A DNA stretch of 64,000 nt, taken from contig CM119266.1 in the NCBI GenBank assembly GCA_051294375.1, positions 349,132 to 413,131 on the forward strand, written 5' to 3'. Shown here one piece after another: positions 51,997 to 64,000 of this stretch (within the stretch, counting starts at the first letter, position 1; every line of letters starts with the position of its first letter). The translations under genes were made by a program, and so were the position numbers. This DNA comes from Paraspadella gotoi. Taxonomy: Eukaryota; Animalia; Chaetognatha. The notes under the pieces were generated by a model that was given only the letters and a program-made list of their open reading frames with translations, made no database searches and was not told where the DNA came from.

Positions 51997-52576
51997 TAAA
52001 GCGTAGCAAAAATATTCAAATCAAATAGAATCAAAATTCGAATAGTAGATCACGAACATTTTTAAATAAAAATAATTTAATTTTTATTTTTCAATTTTTA
52101 TACCTAGTACTCACCATAGAAAATGTCGAAATTTTAAAATGTTTTTTTCTTATTTTTAAAAGCAGATTCGAATTCCTCACGAAAAGTTGATAAAAGGAAC
52201 TATAACTCTTTTTAGAAAATTATTTCATTAAGTGGATCAAAATCCTAAAAAACTATTATTATTAACCTATAATTAAATTTTAGCATAAAAAATATAGTTT
52301 TTTAAATTTTGGGCTAACTTAATGAAAAAATTTTTGATTAAGAATTATATTTTCTTTTAACAACTTTTTATGAGGAATTCGAATCTGCTTTCAAAACTAA
52401 TAAAACATAATTTTAAAATTTTAACATTTTCTATGGTAAGTACTATGTATAAATATGGGCGTATGCGAAAATTAAGCAATTTTCAAATAATTTTTTATAT
52501 ATATCAATGTTCTTTAGTCCAAGACAGTTCATGATTAACTATTCGAATTTTGATCTGCAACTTTCACTACGCCTTA
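51997..52576. mobile_element. Palindromic MITE with 8-bp TSD
   Basis: TIRs TAAAGCGTAG / CTACGCCTTA and TSD TTCATCAG (51989-51996, 52577-52584). Confidence 0.88.
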
Positions 52577-53660
52577 TTCATCAGATACAGGGACTCAATC
52601 TGGAGTGATACGAAACAACTTGTAATATAATCGAAACGAAGAGCAATCAGGTTATAAAATTTGTTCATACTAAAAGAAAAATTCTTGAATTTTTTCCTAC
52701 CCATTTGTAACATTCTAGCTTGGATAGTTTCTATGTTACAAACATTTTCCTCCGAGGGTAAATTTCTGTAGAAGCAGAATTTTTAATTTAAAAGTGGATG
52801 TTACTATCATTCCTTCAGTTCCCATTAAAAGAATTGTTATTCCTAGTAGTTATTCCTATTCTTGATAGCCTTCTTAATAATATAACATACTGGATCATTA
52901 ATCATGGATCATTAACATTATTGGTAGTGGTTTTAAGCTCTTAAGCAAATTCAATCAATGTTGCTTTCTTTTTAGTAGCGCAGCTTATTGTAGGAGCATG
53001 AGAAAAATAAAACCTATATCGGAAAGAGAAAATATCAGTGATTATTTTAACGTATTATAAAAAGACATTCAATCACTTCTTGCCTATAAAATCTGATAAT
53101 AAATGCTATTCTAAGTTTTGACTCACTCCCCTGTAAAACCGCTTCGATGGCGAAGAAACACTACTGTTCTTTTGTTTCTAGTTCACAAATAGCCGCTCGT
53201 CTTTCTTCAGGCTGGGAGAAACCCGAAAAATAAAAAAAAGCAAACGTTTTTTAGTTTTCGTCATTAAGCGATTTTGTAACTAACTTTTCACATTCCTGTT
53301 GTCCGTGTTTTCGACCCATTTAAAAAAATTAAGAAATTAAGAAAACAAGAGTCGCCACCAGAATGGATTTTAGTATTTTCAGAGATGACTGCCAAAACCT
53401 TAAGATCCTCGTGCGACCAATCCCCGCAATACAATTACAAGTGAACAGTATCATCGCGGTTAAACTCTGAGAACATTAACAGTATTCACTCACAGATACT
53501 ATCTAAGATGTGCAAAAATGATGTGTAAATATTTAGTTTTTGGCAAGGCTAAATAAGTAATAAAGGATCAATGCATCGAAATCAAGAAAAATCAAAAAAA
53601 TTGTCATGGAAAGAAAACTCCAACGGTACCCGAAGCTGGTCAGACCGAGAGAGAGAGATG

Positions 53661-53718
<58 letters not shown>

Positions 53719-54156
53719 TATATATAAAGAAAGATAGAAGGAAAGAAAAAAGAAAGAAAGAAAAAAAGAAAGAAAGAAAGAAAAAAGAAAGAAAGAAAAA
53801 AAGAAAGAGAGAAAGAATGAAAGAAAGAAAGAAAGAAAGAAAGAAAGAATGAAAGGAAGAAAGAGAAAGAGAGAAATATAGTTTCAGTTTTAAAAAATTA
53901 TAACTTATTATTGTTTTAGAGAAAAAACAAAGTTTTTAATTGTGTTACAACGAACTTATTATTGATATTCCCCCCCAAGTTTTATTTAAATTGCTTCAGT
54001 TCTAAGCAGCAATGCAGTTTGTGCTGAATTGTTAATGATTAAACGCAAGTAGACTCTCCGAAGTCCTCAACAATTAAACACATAAGGTAGATTGTAGAGT
54101 ATTGGATTTTTAAAAATTATTCACCCTCTAATCATAGCACATTTATGATATAATGT

Positions 54157-54235
54157 CCTGTCCAAAGTCAGGGGCAAGATAGCTTATTTATTAAATGAAA
54201 GGTTAATTTTTTATATTGATTGTACCAATTTCATA
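54157..54235 (+). mobile_element. 5'-truncated twister-element copy
   Basis: CCTGTCCAAAGTCAGGGGCAAGATAGCTTATTTATTAAATG...GTACCAATTTCATA. Confidence 0.8.
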
Positions 54236-54320
54236 CATATTGTTTGATATATCAATATGTATTGCACATATATTAATAAAATTAATAATTGTGTGAATGC
54301 TTTTTTTTGTTGCGTTGTGA

Positions 54321-54497
54321 ATTAGTTTGAGAGAAGAAATTTTGTTTATTGTTTACAAACAACGATTTTTAAAATATAAAGAAATTTCTGCGCGCTGAAG
54401 AAGACTTACAAATAAGTCGAAACATGTACGTTATTTCTTTCTATTTTAAAAATCGTTGTTTGTAAACACAATACAAAATTTCTTCTCTCAAACTAAT
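54321..54497 (+). ncRNA. Minimal hammerhead ribozyme (54392-54431) in the loop of ~65-bp inverted arms
   Basis: GCG-CTGAAGA-A-GACTTA-CAAA-TAAGTC-GAAA-CATG-TA-CGT. Arms 54321-54385 and 54433-54497 are reverse complements with few mismatches. Confidence 0.8.
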
Positions 54498-55740
54498 AAA
54501 ATTAATAGAAAGCCTATACGAAGCAAAAATAATACTGACGAGTACTGATTTTATCTTACTACGTACAGAGTACAGTAATGTTGATCTTTTAATTTGTGAC
54601 CAAAAAATTTGATCCGCGGTTAAAAGAATCAATAATATGCTAAATAGCGACTATTATCTAAGAACAAAATGATTCATGCTCAAACTCAGACAAAATAAAA
54701 AATTTGAAGGTATTTGTAGATCATCCGTTTTGTATTTCAAAACCCTCAAGATTTTCAAATGTACGGTTTAAATATAACTTACTGATACAATTAATGTATT
54801 TTTGTTTCGTAACGGTTTAAAAATTCTTCACAAAAGTTACAAACTATCAGGTTGCAATCTCAAATTCCCAACTTTTAATCCAAAAATTGTTATAAAATAA
54901 ATAGTTTTTTGTACGATTAGTCAGAAACTTACGTAGCTATTGTAGCATCTATAACTGTTCATAATATAATTATCATTAGCGATTAAAGTTTATAAAAAAA
55001 ATCTCTGCCCAATTATTTTTTTTGCCTAATGAGTGAAAAAAAAAGAATGAAATTCCTTGATATAAAACTAAGGAGGTTAATCAGTATTGAGGAGGAAAGA
55101 TTCGAGGAGTAAAGGGAATAAGGAAAGAAAAAAAAAAGAAAGAATATTGCTTCAATTCAACAGCCTTTATATCAGCAAACTGCAGAACGCTGCCTTCACT
55201 CAAGGCACACTGCACAGAGCAAAGGCAGAGTCAAGGCACTAAAGGCAATAAAGAGTGAGAGAAAAAAGGAAGAAGAAAGAAGATAAAAGTTGTTGTTGTC
55301 GTTGTTGTTGAAGCAGGAGTAAGAGGAAGAGGAGGAGAAGAGAGCAACGGTTGAACGAGAGAAGGAAGCGAAGGAAATATAATGGTAGTGATAATATTAA
55401 AATAGTAGTGGTGAAATGGTGGTTAAGCAACGCCAAAAACAGAATGAGAGACGTTTGATTAACTCTGATATTTGAAAATTGATATTATTTCACCTAAAAA
55501 CGTAAAAACTAATTAAATGCTTTTTAAAACATAGTTCAATAAGTTGTGAAGTAATAACAAAGTTACACTTATCGAAACCTGAACTCCAAATCGTTAGGAA
55601 AAGTGGATAGGATTTTAACGTGGTATAGCAAATGGCAGAAAAGCTATCGTGCGAGAGAGAGAGAGCGAGACAGCGAAAGAACGAAAGAGAGAGAGAGAGA
55701 GACGAGAGGAGAGGAGAGAAAGGGATAAGAGAACAGAAAG

Positions 55741-55797
<57 letters not shown>

Positions 55798-57419
55798 AGA
55801 CGAGAAGAGAGAGAGAGAGAAGGAAAATAAAGGCAACAAAGGCAGAATTTGAAATACAAGACTAAGAAGCTGCAGGCACACAGAAATCGACTGTAAATTT
55901 TGCTAGTAAAGTTTATAACAAAAACTCCGAACTACGTCCACGAGGTAAGTTATCACATATTTTGGGAAATTAAATAAAAATAAATGAAATGAATCTAACT
56001 CTTATTTTTAATGCATGTCATTATCTCGCTTGGCTCGTCACGTGTTATATATTAAACGTGCCTAAGACAACTGGCTTTATTTTGGTCGCGTCCAACACCT
56101 AACGCTCACAGAATCAATCAAAGCTCACCGTCTTTTTCCGAACGGTGTTCATTTATTTTCTTTCAAAGGATGGAATAGCAAGAGGGTGAGAGCGAAGTCG
56201 CTGTCTCTTGACAATTTGATCCAGTTCTTAAACTTGATGTTTATTGTTAAATCCCCAAGAATTTTCTGTTTCTGTTTCTTTGTCTATTTGGTTTATAATT
56301 TTTCATCCCTCATTGTTGTTAACTTTTTAAATTGTTATTAACTTTGAATTGGCCCAGAACGCATAATTATAATATTGTTGTCTTCTTTCTCTCTTTCTAG
56401 AAAAAAAAAAAGAAATTCCATAGTTTACGGAAAAGTTACTTTTGGTTATTTTTGTTTTCCTCTTCATTTAATATATTAATTATTTGGTTGGTATGTTTGA
56501 GTTCGCAACTTATCAATATTTTGCAACAATTATGAAGAGAAGAGAACGCTTGTACTGGATTTAGGGAACTCTTTGACAATGCATATCATCTTATTTCTTT
56601 GACAATACTGATCATCTTATTTTCAATCATTTGCTTAGCATTATAATGACGCATTAAACTGACGCATAAGTAATTTGAGCCGTGGCCTTTCCGTTTTTAT
56701 TTGTATTTAAAAGAACCAGAAAAGTAAAAGTCAAATGTTTCTTACATCTGGGACAATATTCTAATGTTTTTCTTGCATGAAATTGTTTTCTTCTTTGCTA
56801 AAATTATTCAAAGGTAAAGTAACCAAAAAATAATATTCTTATTAGTCACCGACTGACGGCCATTATTTCTCATTTAAGTAAAAAACCACAAATGCCATCG
56901 AATGATGATATACAGATACAAGGACCACCTGATGACCTTCATTTTTATTTCTTTATAATCCCATGACATTCTGACATGACATTCATTCTTGATGATGTGG
57001 TGATGAGGATGAAGAAGAATATGAAGAAAGAGTATGACGACGATGAAGGCGACGACGGAGACGACGATGGTGATGATGATGATGATGATGCAGAAAACTA
57101 CATCTGTCAGTGCAGCAAAGAAAAAAAGAGAGGAAGAGCGAAGAAGAGGAGGACGCTGTCCACCGTCTTTTTCAAGGGAGACGGAAAGAGGAAGAGAGAG
57201 AGGAGTTGGGAAGGAAAAGACGACGACGTAGGAGGAGAAAGGAGGAGGAAGACGAACGAGACCTTGGCGAGGAAGGAGGAGGGGAAGAGGAGTCTGAGGA
57301 CTCGCGCACAAAGAAGGAGAAAGAGAGGAGGAAGACAAGGTGGTTGAAGGAGAGCCGACACAGAAAACGCCAACGCGGGAAGGGGGACGACGATGACAAA
57401 AATAACTGACAAGGACGAA

Positions 57420-57452
<33 letters not shown>

Positions 57453-57629
57453 GGGGAGCCGATGACGTCGTCAACGTCGCTTTTGTCGTCGACTCGTTCG
57501 GAACCTTTAAACGATACTTAACTAACTACTAGTTTAAAGGTTGTATATTAAGAACTTCGCTCTCCCCTTCTCCACACACCGCTGGATTATTCAAAGGTGC
57601 CTTGACTCAAGGCAGATTGGCAACGACGA

Positions 57630-57710
57630 CGGCTGCCGACCACGTGACTCTCTTTTCGCGCCGTGATTGGTCGGGATTTTTCTCGAGCTCCGATTGGTCG
57701 AAAACACTCG
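57630..57710 (+). promoter_or_regulatory. Putative promoter of MEP-1-like gene B (E-box CACGTGAC, two GATTGGTCG reverse CCAAT boxes)
   Basis: Motif cluster in a CpG-rich patch about 800 bp upstream of the ATG; similar motif set to the paralog A promoter. Inference. Confidence 0.35.
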
Positions 57711-58475
57711 CCCGAGATAATGTATGTAAATTTATATGTGCGAACAGACACGGAGACTGACAAAGACGGCCATATTGCCGACGAGAAAGAAACGTTTTCG
57801 TCCTTATCGTTTTCGGCCAAAGGTTGTGTTTCGAGCGCGCTTTAACTACAATCATATTTCAATATTTTTTAATAAGTTGAAATAAAAAACTAAGCCGACT
57901 TGATTAAAATTTATTTTTAAAAAAATTGAGCGTTAAGCCGCGTTTTTTGAACATGTTCGATTCCTAGTTTTTGCATGGATGTCATCTTGGTCGTGGCGCC
58001 TTTTTCCTGACTCTAGTCTCTCCTCCTCCTCAGCTCGTTCCTCTCACGGCGCCTCCTCTTCATTTCGCCTTCATGGATTTCCGGTAAAAAGACGATTGGG
58101 TCGTCGCCGTTGGAGTTTTACTCCTTTGATCGTTGGCATCGGAGATTCACGCCGCCCTCGTTTCCGATTCTTGCGCGACTCGTCTCCTTATTTTGCCGCT
58201 TATTTTCCCCAAACTTCTGGGCACAATTCACTCATTTCGCCCTGTTTATCCCCGCGTGCTCATATCGCGTCACCGTGTAAAGTCCGGACTACCATCTCCC
58301 GACGTCTTCTCCCTCTCCGCTAGGTCGAGGAGGGGGTTCTTTTCAACCGAAGTTTTCCTTTCTAATTTTGTTAATTAAAAAAATATATATTATACGGTTT
58401 TATATATGTAGTACTTATTTTCATAACGCTGATATTTCGCTCAGTGCGCTCATATTTTCCTACTATTTAAAGACT

Positions 58476-61400
58476 ATGACTACGAAATCGACCGCTGCCT
58501 CGGTAGCAGCTGAGGTCGGAAAAGGAGCAAACGGCATCCAAGAGTCCGAAGATGACGCGAATACGACTAAACTCGCCTTCGAGGTTAACACTCATAAGAA
58601 CAAGCTAAGCAACGGCGATCTCAAAATGAACGGAGACGACTTGGAAGACGACGACGAAAAAATGGACTGCGACGATTCGGGGGAAGCGGGCGTCAACGGG
58701 TCAACTCACTCTGATCAAATCGCCAACGGTGACGATGAAGAAGACGATGACGACGATCTCAGCAGCGACATCGGCCTCATTGAGGAAGAAGACGATCTCG
58801 AGCCGATGGCCGAAGGCGTCGCCGACGACGCTCGTCCCGAGAACGAGAGCGACGGCGATCGGGACACGGAGATGGCAGAGGAGGGCCACGAAGAAACTGG
58901 CGAGGACGGCAAAGACGCTAGCACTTCCAAAGATCACCTCTCGGTCGCCACCGCCGAAGTTCCCTCCAGCAAACCCGATGCGGAGGAAGAATCGGCGCCC
59001 GAGAGGAGCGAGTCGAGGACGTCAACGCACAGCAACATCAGCGAAAGCGGTGACGAGCGCCAAAAACCGAAGGAAGTCGTGGAACACGTAGTCAAACTCG
59101 TTCTGGCCCAGTTGGTCAACGAAGTCGTGCTCGGCGGAACCGCCTACAAGGGCGCCAAGAATCTGAAACGTCGCCGCGATATGGACGTTGACGACCTTAT
59201 CGACGAGATCGAGGACGGCCTCCTTCAAGCCAACGTTAAAACAGTTGACATCATGCGAAACCGGCACGAACAGATCAGGCTCAAGCGTGAGCAAAGGTTT
59301 GGATAAAAACCTATTATTTGGTTAAATACCACTTGATATAATTTTTTTCGAATAGTGATTTTTATTTTTAAAGGATGAAATTGGACTTGCGGATTCCAGC
59401 AGTTGAGCCCTGTAAAGGTCCAAAGTCGAAACAAGGAAGGCGAAAACAAATCGTCAAATCAAAGACCACAAAAGTGGAGGAAAAACAAGAAACCGTCGTT
59501 CTCGAGCCAGATGAAGAGGAGGACGACGAACGGCTTCCAGGGTACGTTTATTTCCAGGCCCAGCAAACTGGGTAACCTTCCAGCTCTTCCTCCCATTTCC
59601 CACCCTCTTTAAGCAACATTCCAGCTGCAGCATTGATATCTGCCAACTAAGACGGCTTTGAGAGTGAGGCAGTCCCTCGTTGGACGAGTGCCTTTCAAGT
59701 CAAGATCATTTTAATAAGTACTGTAACTTTTCTAATATTATTGGAACGCGTCCCTCATGCACAGGGTAAAATTACGTCCGGCGGAAAAGCTGTTGTTCAA
59801 CCTCGGAGCAGATTTGTGCAACCAATGGCTTCACCAAAGGAAAATTAAGAAGACTATGCACGAAGCTTTTATCGATGCAAAAAAGAGATGTAGCAGAGAT
59901 TTTCGAGAGGTTTTTCAGGTAATTTTAGTAGTTTTGCGAACATTTTATGTATTTTGTTAATATTAATTTTTCTTCGCACCAGGATAAAATTAAAAATCTC
60001 AAGGAAGAATACGTGGAAATGACGAAAGAATTTACTAGTTTTTGGCCGCAGTTGAAACAATGCAAATATTGCAATTTCTGCTCCGAGTCCCAGAATGTGT
60101 TGGAGCACCATATGCGGCATCCTCATCACAATAGTAGAGGAGCCATGCTGTGCGTTCAATGCGGATTCACGTCGAGGGACGCCAACCAGGTCAGTTGGGT
60201 CTCTTTATCCTTTGGCTAATCCCGCATATACTAAATGCTATTATTAATCCTTACCAGTTCGTCAAACACATGGCATTCGCCCACGAGATGAAGGGTTATG
60301 CTGAGAAGAAGCCTCTCAACTTTTGCTGCCCTCTTTGCTTCTTTGAAGACAACAGCGAGAAAAAGTATTCTGCTCACTATGAGAAATGCCTCATTCTCTG
60401 GACGAAGAACAACAAGGACAAAATGAATCAAGATCCAAAACCAGAGGTAATTCTTTTGCTTTTTCAATTATATTTATTCATTGCTAAAATAACCTTCGTC
60501 TTGTGTTTCCATCAGGACATGTTCTACTATGGACTCGAGAAGAAATCACTCGAATACACTCATCTCAAGTGCGAGATTTGCACATTCTGGAGTGACAATT
60601 TCCGGAGTATGAAGTATCACTTGGCGCAGTACCACAAGGTCGACGTCGCCAACGTCGGCGATTTCTGCATCTACGTCCAGCACTACATGATCAGTACGCA
60701 AACGAAATTTAGATGCCGGAGATGTCGATACTTTGTGCCCAGTCGAAAAGCCATGGAGAACCACATACTGTGGAATCATAATATAAGAGTAAGATTTGAT
60801 TTTGCGCGATTCGTTTGTGATTTTGCGGGATTCATTTTAGCAACTCGATCCGCACGTTTCTCTTCGGCTTCAGGTCGGTCCGAACATCCTTCAGTTTTTA
60901 ACTCATGTGTGGGTTCAACCGGAGGATCTTGACTCCCTGCTCGATCATTATGTTCGCGAAAGGTGGGGCGTCCCTACCATCGAGACTTTCGTGCCGGACC
61001 CTAGACCCAATCAGAACAAGGTTTGCTCTTACTTATAGTATAGATAAAATTAAATATGTTTCGACATCGGTGCTAAAAGTACAAATCGTCACTCAACTAC
61101 AGGGTCCTCGCACGTCACTTCCGAATCAAGTAAAGAGTCAAGCCGGAGGCACGAGTTCTTCACTCAACGCTGTCAAAAACGCCACCACCGTCGTCACTCC
61201 AATCATGCAGTGTACGCCAAGCCCTAACCTAGTCGCTCAGGGTATTTCGCAAGTAAGTTTGAGCTTAAGTTTAAGTTCATTAGTTTTATTAATAACTGCT
61301 CTCTTATTTACTATTTTTTCGTAGGTTCTGGCTGTGAATCCTGAAGGATATTACTTCCTATTGAACATGGATGCCCAGAAGAATATCCGATCCATACAAC

Positions 61401-63704
61401 CTGTTCAGGTTTTTTTAGATTCTAGATTGAACTTCCCGAATTCTTTATTATATTGGTAATATAAGTTTTGGATTATCTGCAGATTTCGGGTCAACTTTCC
61501 AATCTGCAAAAGACAAAACCCATCGGAAACGCCATTTCCATTCCAATTCCTGCTAACAGTGCTGCTGGTAAGATTTCCAAAAGTTAAAGGTCTCCTTTAC
61601 AACAGCACTGATTCGGGGTTTTCCTCTCGCAGGTCAGCAATCGTCGTCAAACGGAGCCCCGATGCCGACGATACACATTCCTCAGGGCGGCGGGGCCGCG
61701 ATCGTCCGACCCGTGGCCCCTCAACCCCAACAGCAGAAGGGAACCGTAAGGGAACTTCTCTCCAATCAGGGTAAACTTGCCGGCGACAAACACTTTGACA
61801 ACAGCGGCAGACAACAAACCACAGTTGCGGCGCTGCTGGAGCAGCGGGGACAGGAAAGGTAAGTTAATCGACTTTGCTAGTCCTTGAGTAAGGCTAAAAT
61901 AAATATTTTAATCTCAAACTTTAAATGCTTAAAATCTCCATGAAGGTCCACATCATCTCCCCGACCATCTTCGGAGCATCCGATCGTTTTCGAGCTGCCG
62001 AGATCTTTCAACAAAGCCACTCTGGCCGGAACTCACCAGCAAATCACTTTCACTGGCGCGCAAGGTGGGTGTGAGAGTTTTCAAAGGTTCGTGCTCTGAC
62101 AGATCCAATAATTAATGACTAACTTTGACATTCTTAGGTCAAAAGCTTTGCTTTCTCCTTCCCAATGACATCATTCAGAAAGGTTCCGTGAAATTCCAAT
62201 ACGACCCGAAATCGAAACATGTTACGGTAAGCGAATAAGTCCATCGTGTGCAGTTATATATTTAATATATATTCTAATACACTTTAATACTTACTATATA
62301 TATAATTACTATATATATACTTATATATATATATACTTTACAATAATAATCTACAAACTGATAAAAACGACCTTAACTTAAGCGGTATTCTTCTTTCCTA
62401 ACTTCTTTCCTCGGGTTTCTGTTTCTTTTTAGGTTGTGTCAACCGCCGGCGGAGAGACGTCATCTCCTCAGATGGCGTTCCCCGTTGTACCGTCGGGTCA
62501 AAAGCCGCCGCCACCCATCATCCTTAGCGGCGGAAGGGGTGGGGCGCCGATCCCGAGGATGGCGCAAGGTGGAATCCCGTCCAACCCTCTAACAGCGCAA
62601 CAAGGAAACCGACAGTGGAACAGGTTGGCATATTATTTATCAATTTTCATAACTAATCTTTGAAACTGCAGTTCGGTACCAGAATTTTTTTTTTCCGCCG
62701 CACCCTCTCATTTACAGACAAGGTAGCCCTTCGGGACAGCAACGCGTACCCGTGGATCCGCAGACCATCATCCAGTGCTATATCTGCAAGGGAAAAGTTA
62801 TGGCGCAGGACTTGCCGTTGCACGTGAAAAACGCTCACCACAACCAGCCGGAAAACGTGAAGCAACAGGCATTGCGCGCGCGATACACGACCGGCCCCAA
62901 TATAGCTCCCAAGCCCTCTCCGCCGGTCATCACACTGGACGATTCCCCGCGAAAGCCATTCGGAAATCAGAGGTCCGGATCACAGACGCGGGGCGTGGTC
63001 GGTTCCGGTTCGCAAGCGGGAAGTTTGAGGATAAACCCAACGTTACAGGCCGGCAAGGGTGAGTGCTCGAAGAATAAATGTCGTTTTTAATTTGAGGATA
63101 TTTATAGATTATTTTTGTCCACCCTTAAAGATGTGTATAAGGTCTCAGTGATTGAACGTATTTTCTCAGGCACAATGAATCCACAGGCGCGACTCTCGCA
63201 AACGCTCAGCGTGGGATCGGGAAGCAACGGCAACGCTGACTCGACAGGAGGAATTTATCCTTGCAAATGGTTAGTTTTTCTGGTTAACACCTTTTGAGAG
63301 ATCTCTGACTGAACGCATCCCGCACATTCAGGTGTCCGGCCAAGTTTTACGCAAAGCACACCCAGTTTGCCCACTGCCTCAAGGAGCACTATAATCAGAT
63401 AATCAAAGAAGAGCGTGGAAGTTTCGAAAAGTTTCTGCAAGACTCGCAAAAAGTAAGTTTAATTAACGTAGTAGACTTTAGGTTTAAGGCTATTTTAGTT
63501 TCACGATTTTTCGGGATATAATAAATATTAAATAAATATAATAAATAATAGTAACCGAAAAACAAATTTATTTTGATTAAATATTTCCGATTTTCTCCAC
63601 AGATGACGCCCTCGTCTCGAAAATCAGAAAAGGGAGAGGACGGGGAGAAGAAGGAAACTGGGCCCGAGAGGAAGGCTGCCGAGGAAGTGAAAGCGGATGC
63701 TTAA
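58476..63704 (+). CDS. mep-1: MEP-1-like multi-C2H2 zinc-finger protein (paralog B), multi-exon
   Basis: Acidic N-terminal exon, then LRPAEKLLFNLGADLCNQW, CKYCNFCSESQNVLEHHMRHPH, CVQCGFTSRDANQFVKHMAFAH, CPLCFFEDN, CEICTFWSDN..HLAQYH, CRRCRYF..HILWNH, a Q/P-rich linker, CYICKGK..HVKNAH and CKWCPAKF..HCLKEH. Stop TAA at 63702-63704. Confidence 0.78.
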
Positions 63705-64000
63705 ACCGCCGTGCCCTCGCTAAACTTCGTCCTTCTGTCTCCCTAGTGACGTAAAGCTTAACACTCCGGCGGACTCTGCTTTGTATTTATTCGATTAAAT
63801 CTATTCCTTCCCGCTCTTCCGATTTAAAACCAACAAAAACAACAAGATTGGTTCGCTAAACTCTTTTTCGCGACTTGATCTGATGGTCGATTCATTTTTA
63901 GCCAAATATCCGAACTCAGAGCCCTGACCCCAACCCCCCCCTTCTCTTTCTATCCGGTGCGCTCTTTATCTAAGATTTCCTCGAAGTTAAACTGCGATGT

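Noticed and set aside
56874-57474. Acidic/basic ORFs in several frames
   Set aside because: Purine-rich GAT/GAC/GAG simple repeats open all frames; no supportable gene model.

Overview
AT-rich, intron-dense eukaryotic (invertebrate animal-like) genomic DNA with many (GA)n/(CT)n microsatellites. Genes supported: two MEP-1-like multi-C2H2 zinc-finger genes (+, 3696-9980 and 58476-63704), the 3' two-thirds of an ABCB6/HMT-1 half-transporter (-, 37125-44039), a GT31 beta-1,3-galactosyltransferase (+, 27870-31965), an unrecognised 5-exon gene (+, 21299-23558) and two paralogous secreted Cys-rich (CPxG-repeat) genes. One paralog is compact (35212-36875). The other (19843-32421) appears to host the unknown gene and the B3GALT gene inside its introns on the same strand. 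The non-coding DNA carries two dispersed families of small self-cleaving-ribozyme elements. One matches a circularly permuted (P5-type) twister fold (7 copies, best at 26115-26179). The other is a minimal type-I hammerhead family (3 intact cores plus 3 damaged copies, two in fold-back arms). Other mobile DNA: a 6.7-kb TA-flanked element with ~1.4-kb terminal inverted repeats, a 1.8-kb Tc1/mariner-like element, several 8-bp-TSD palindromic MITEs, a TRIM-like two-LTR element and a Helitron/Helentron-like end. All gene models and RNA folds were read by eye and have not been checked computationally or experimentally.
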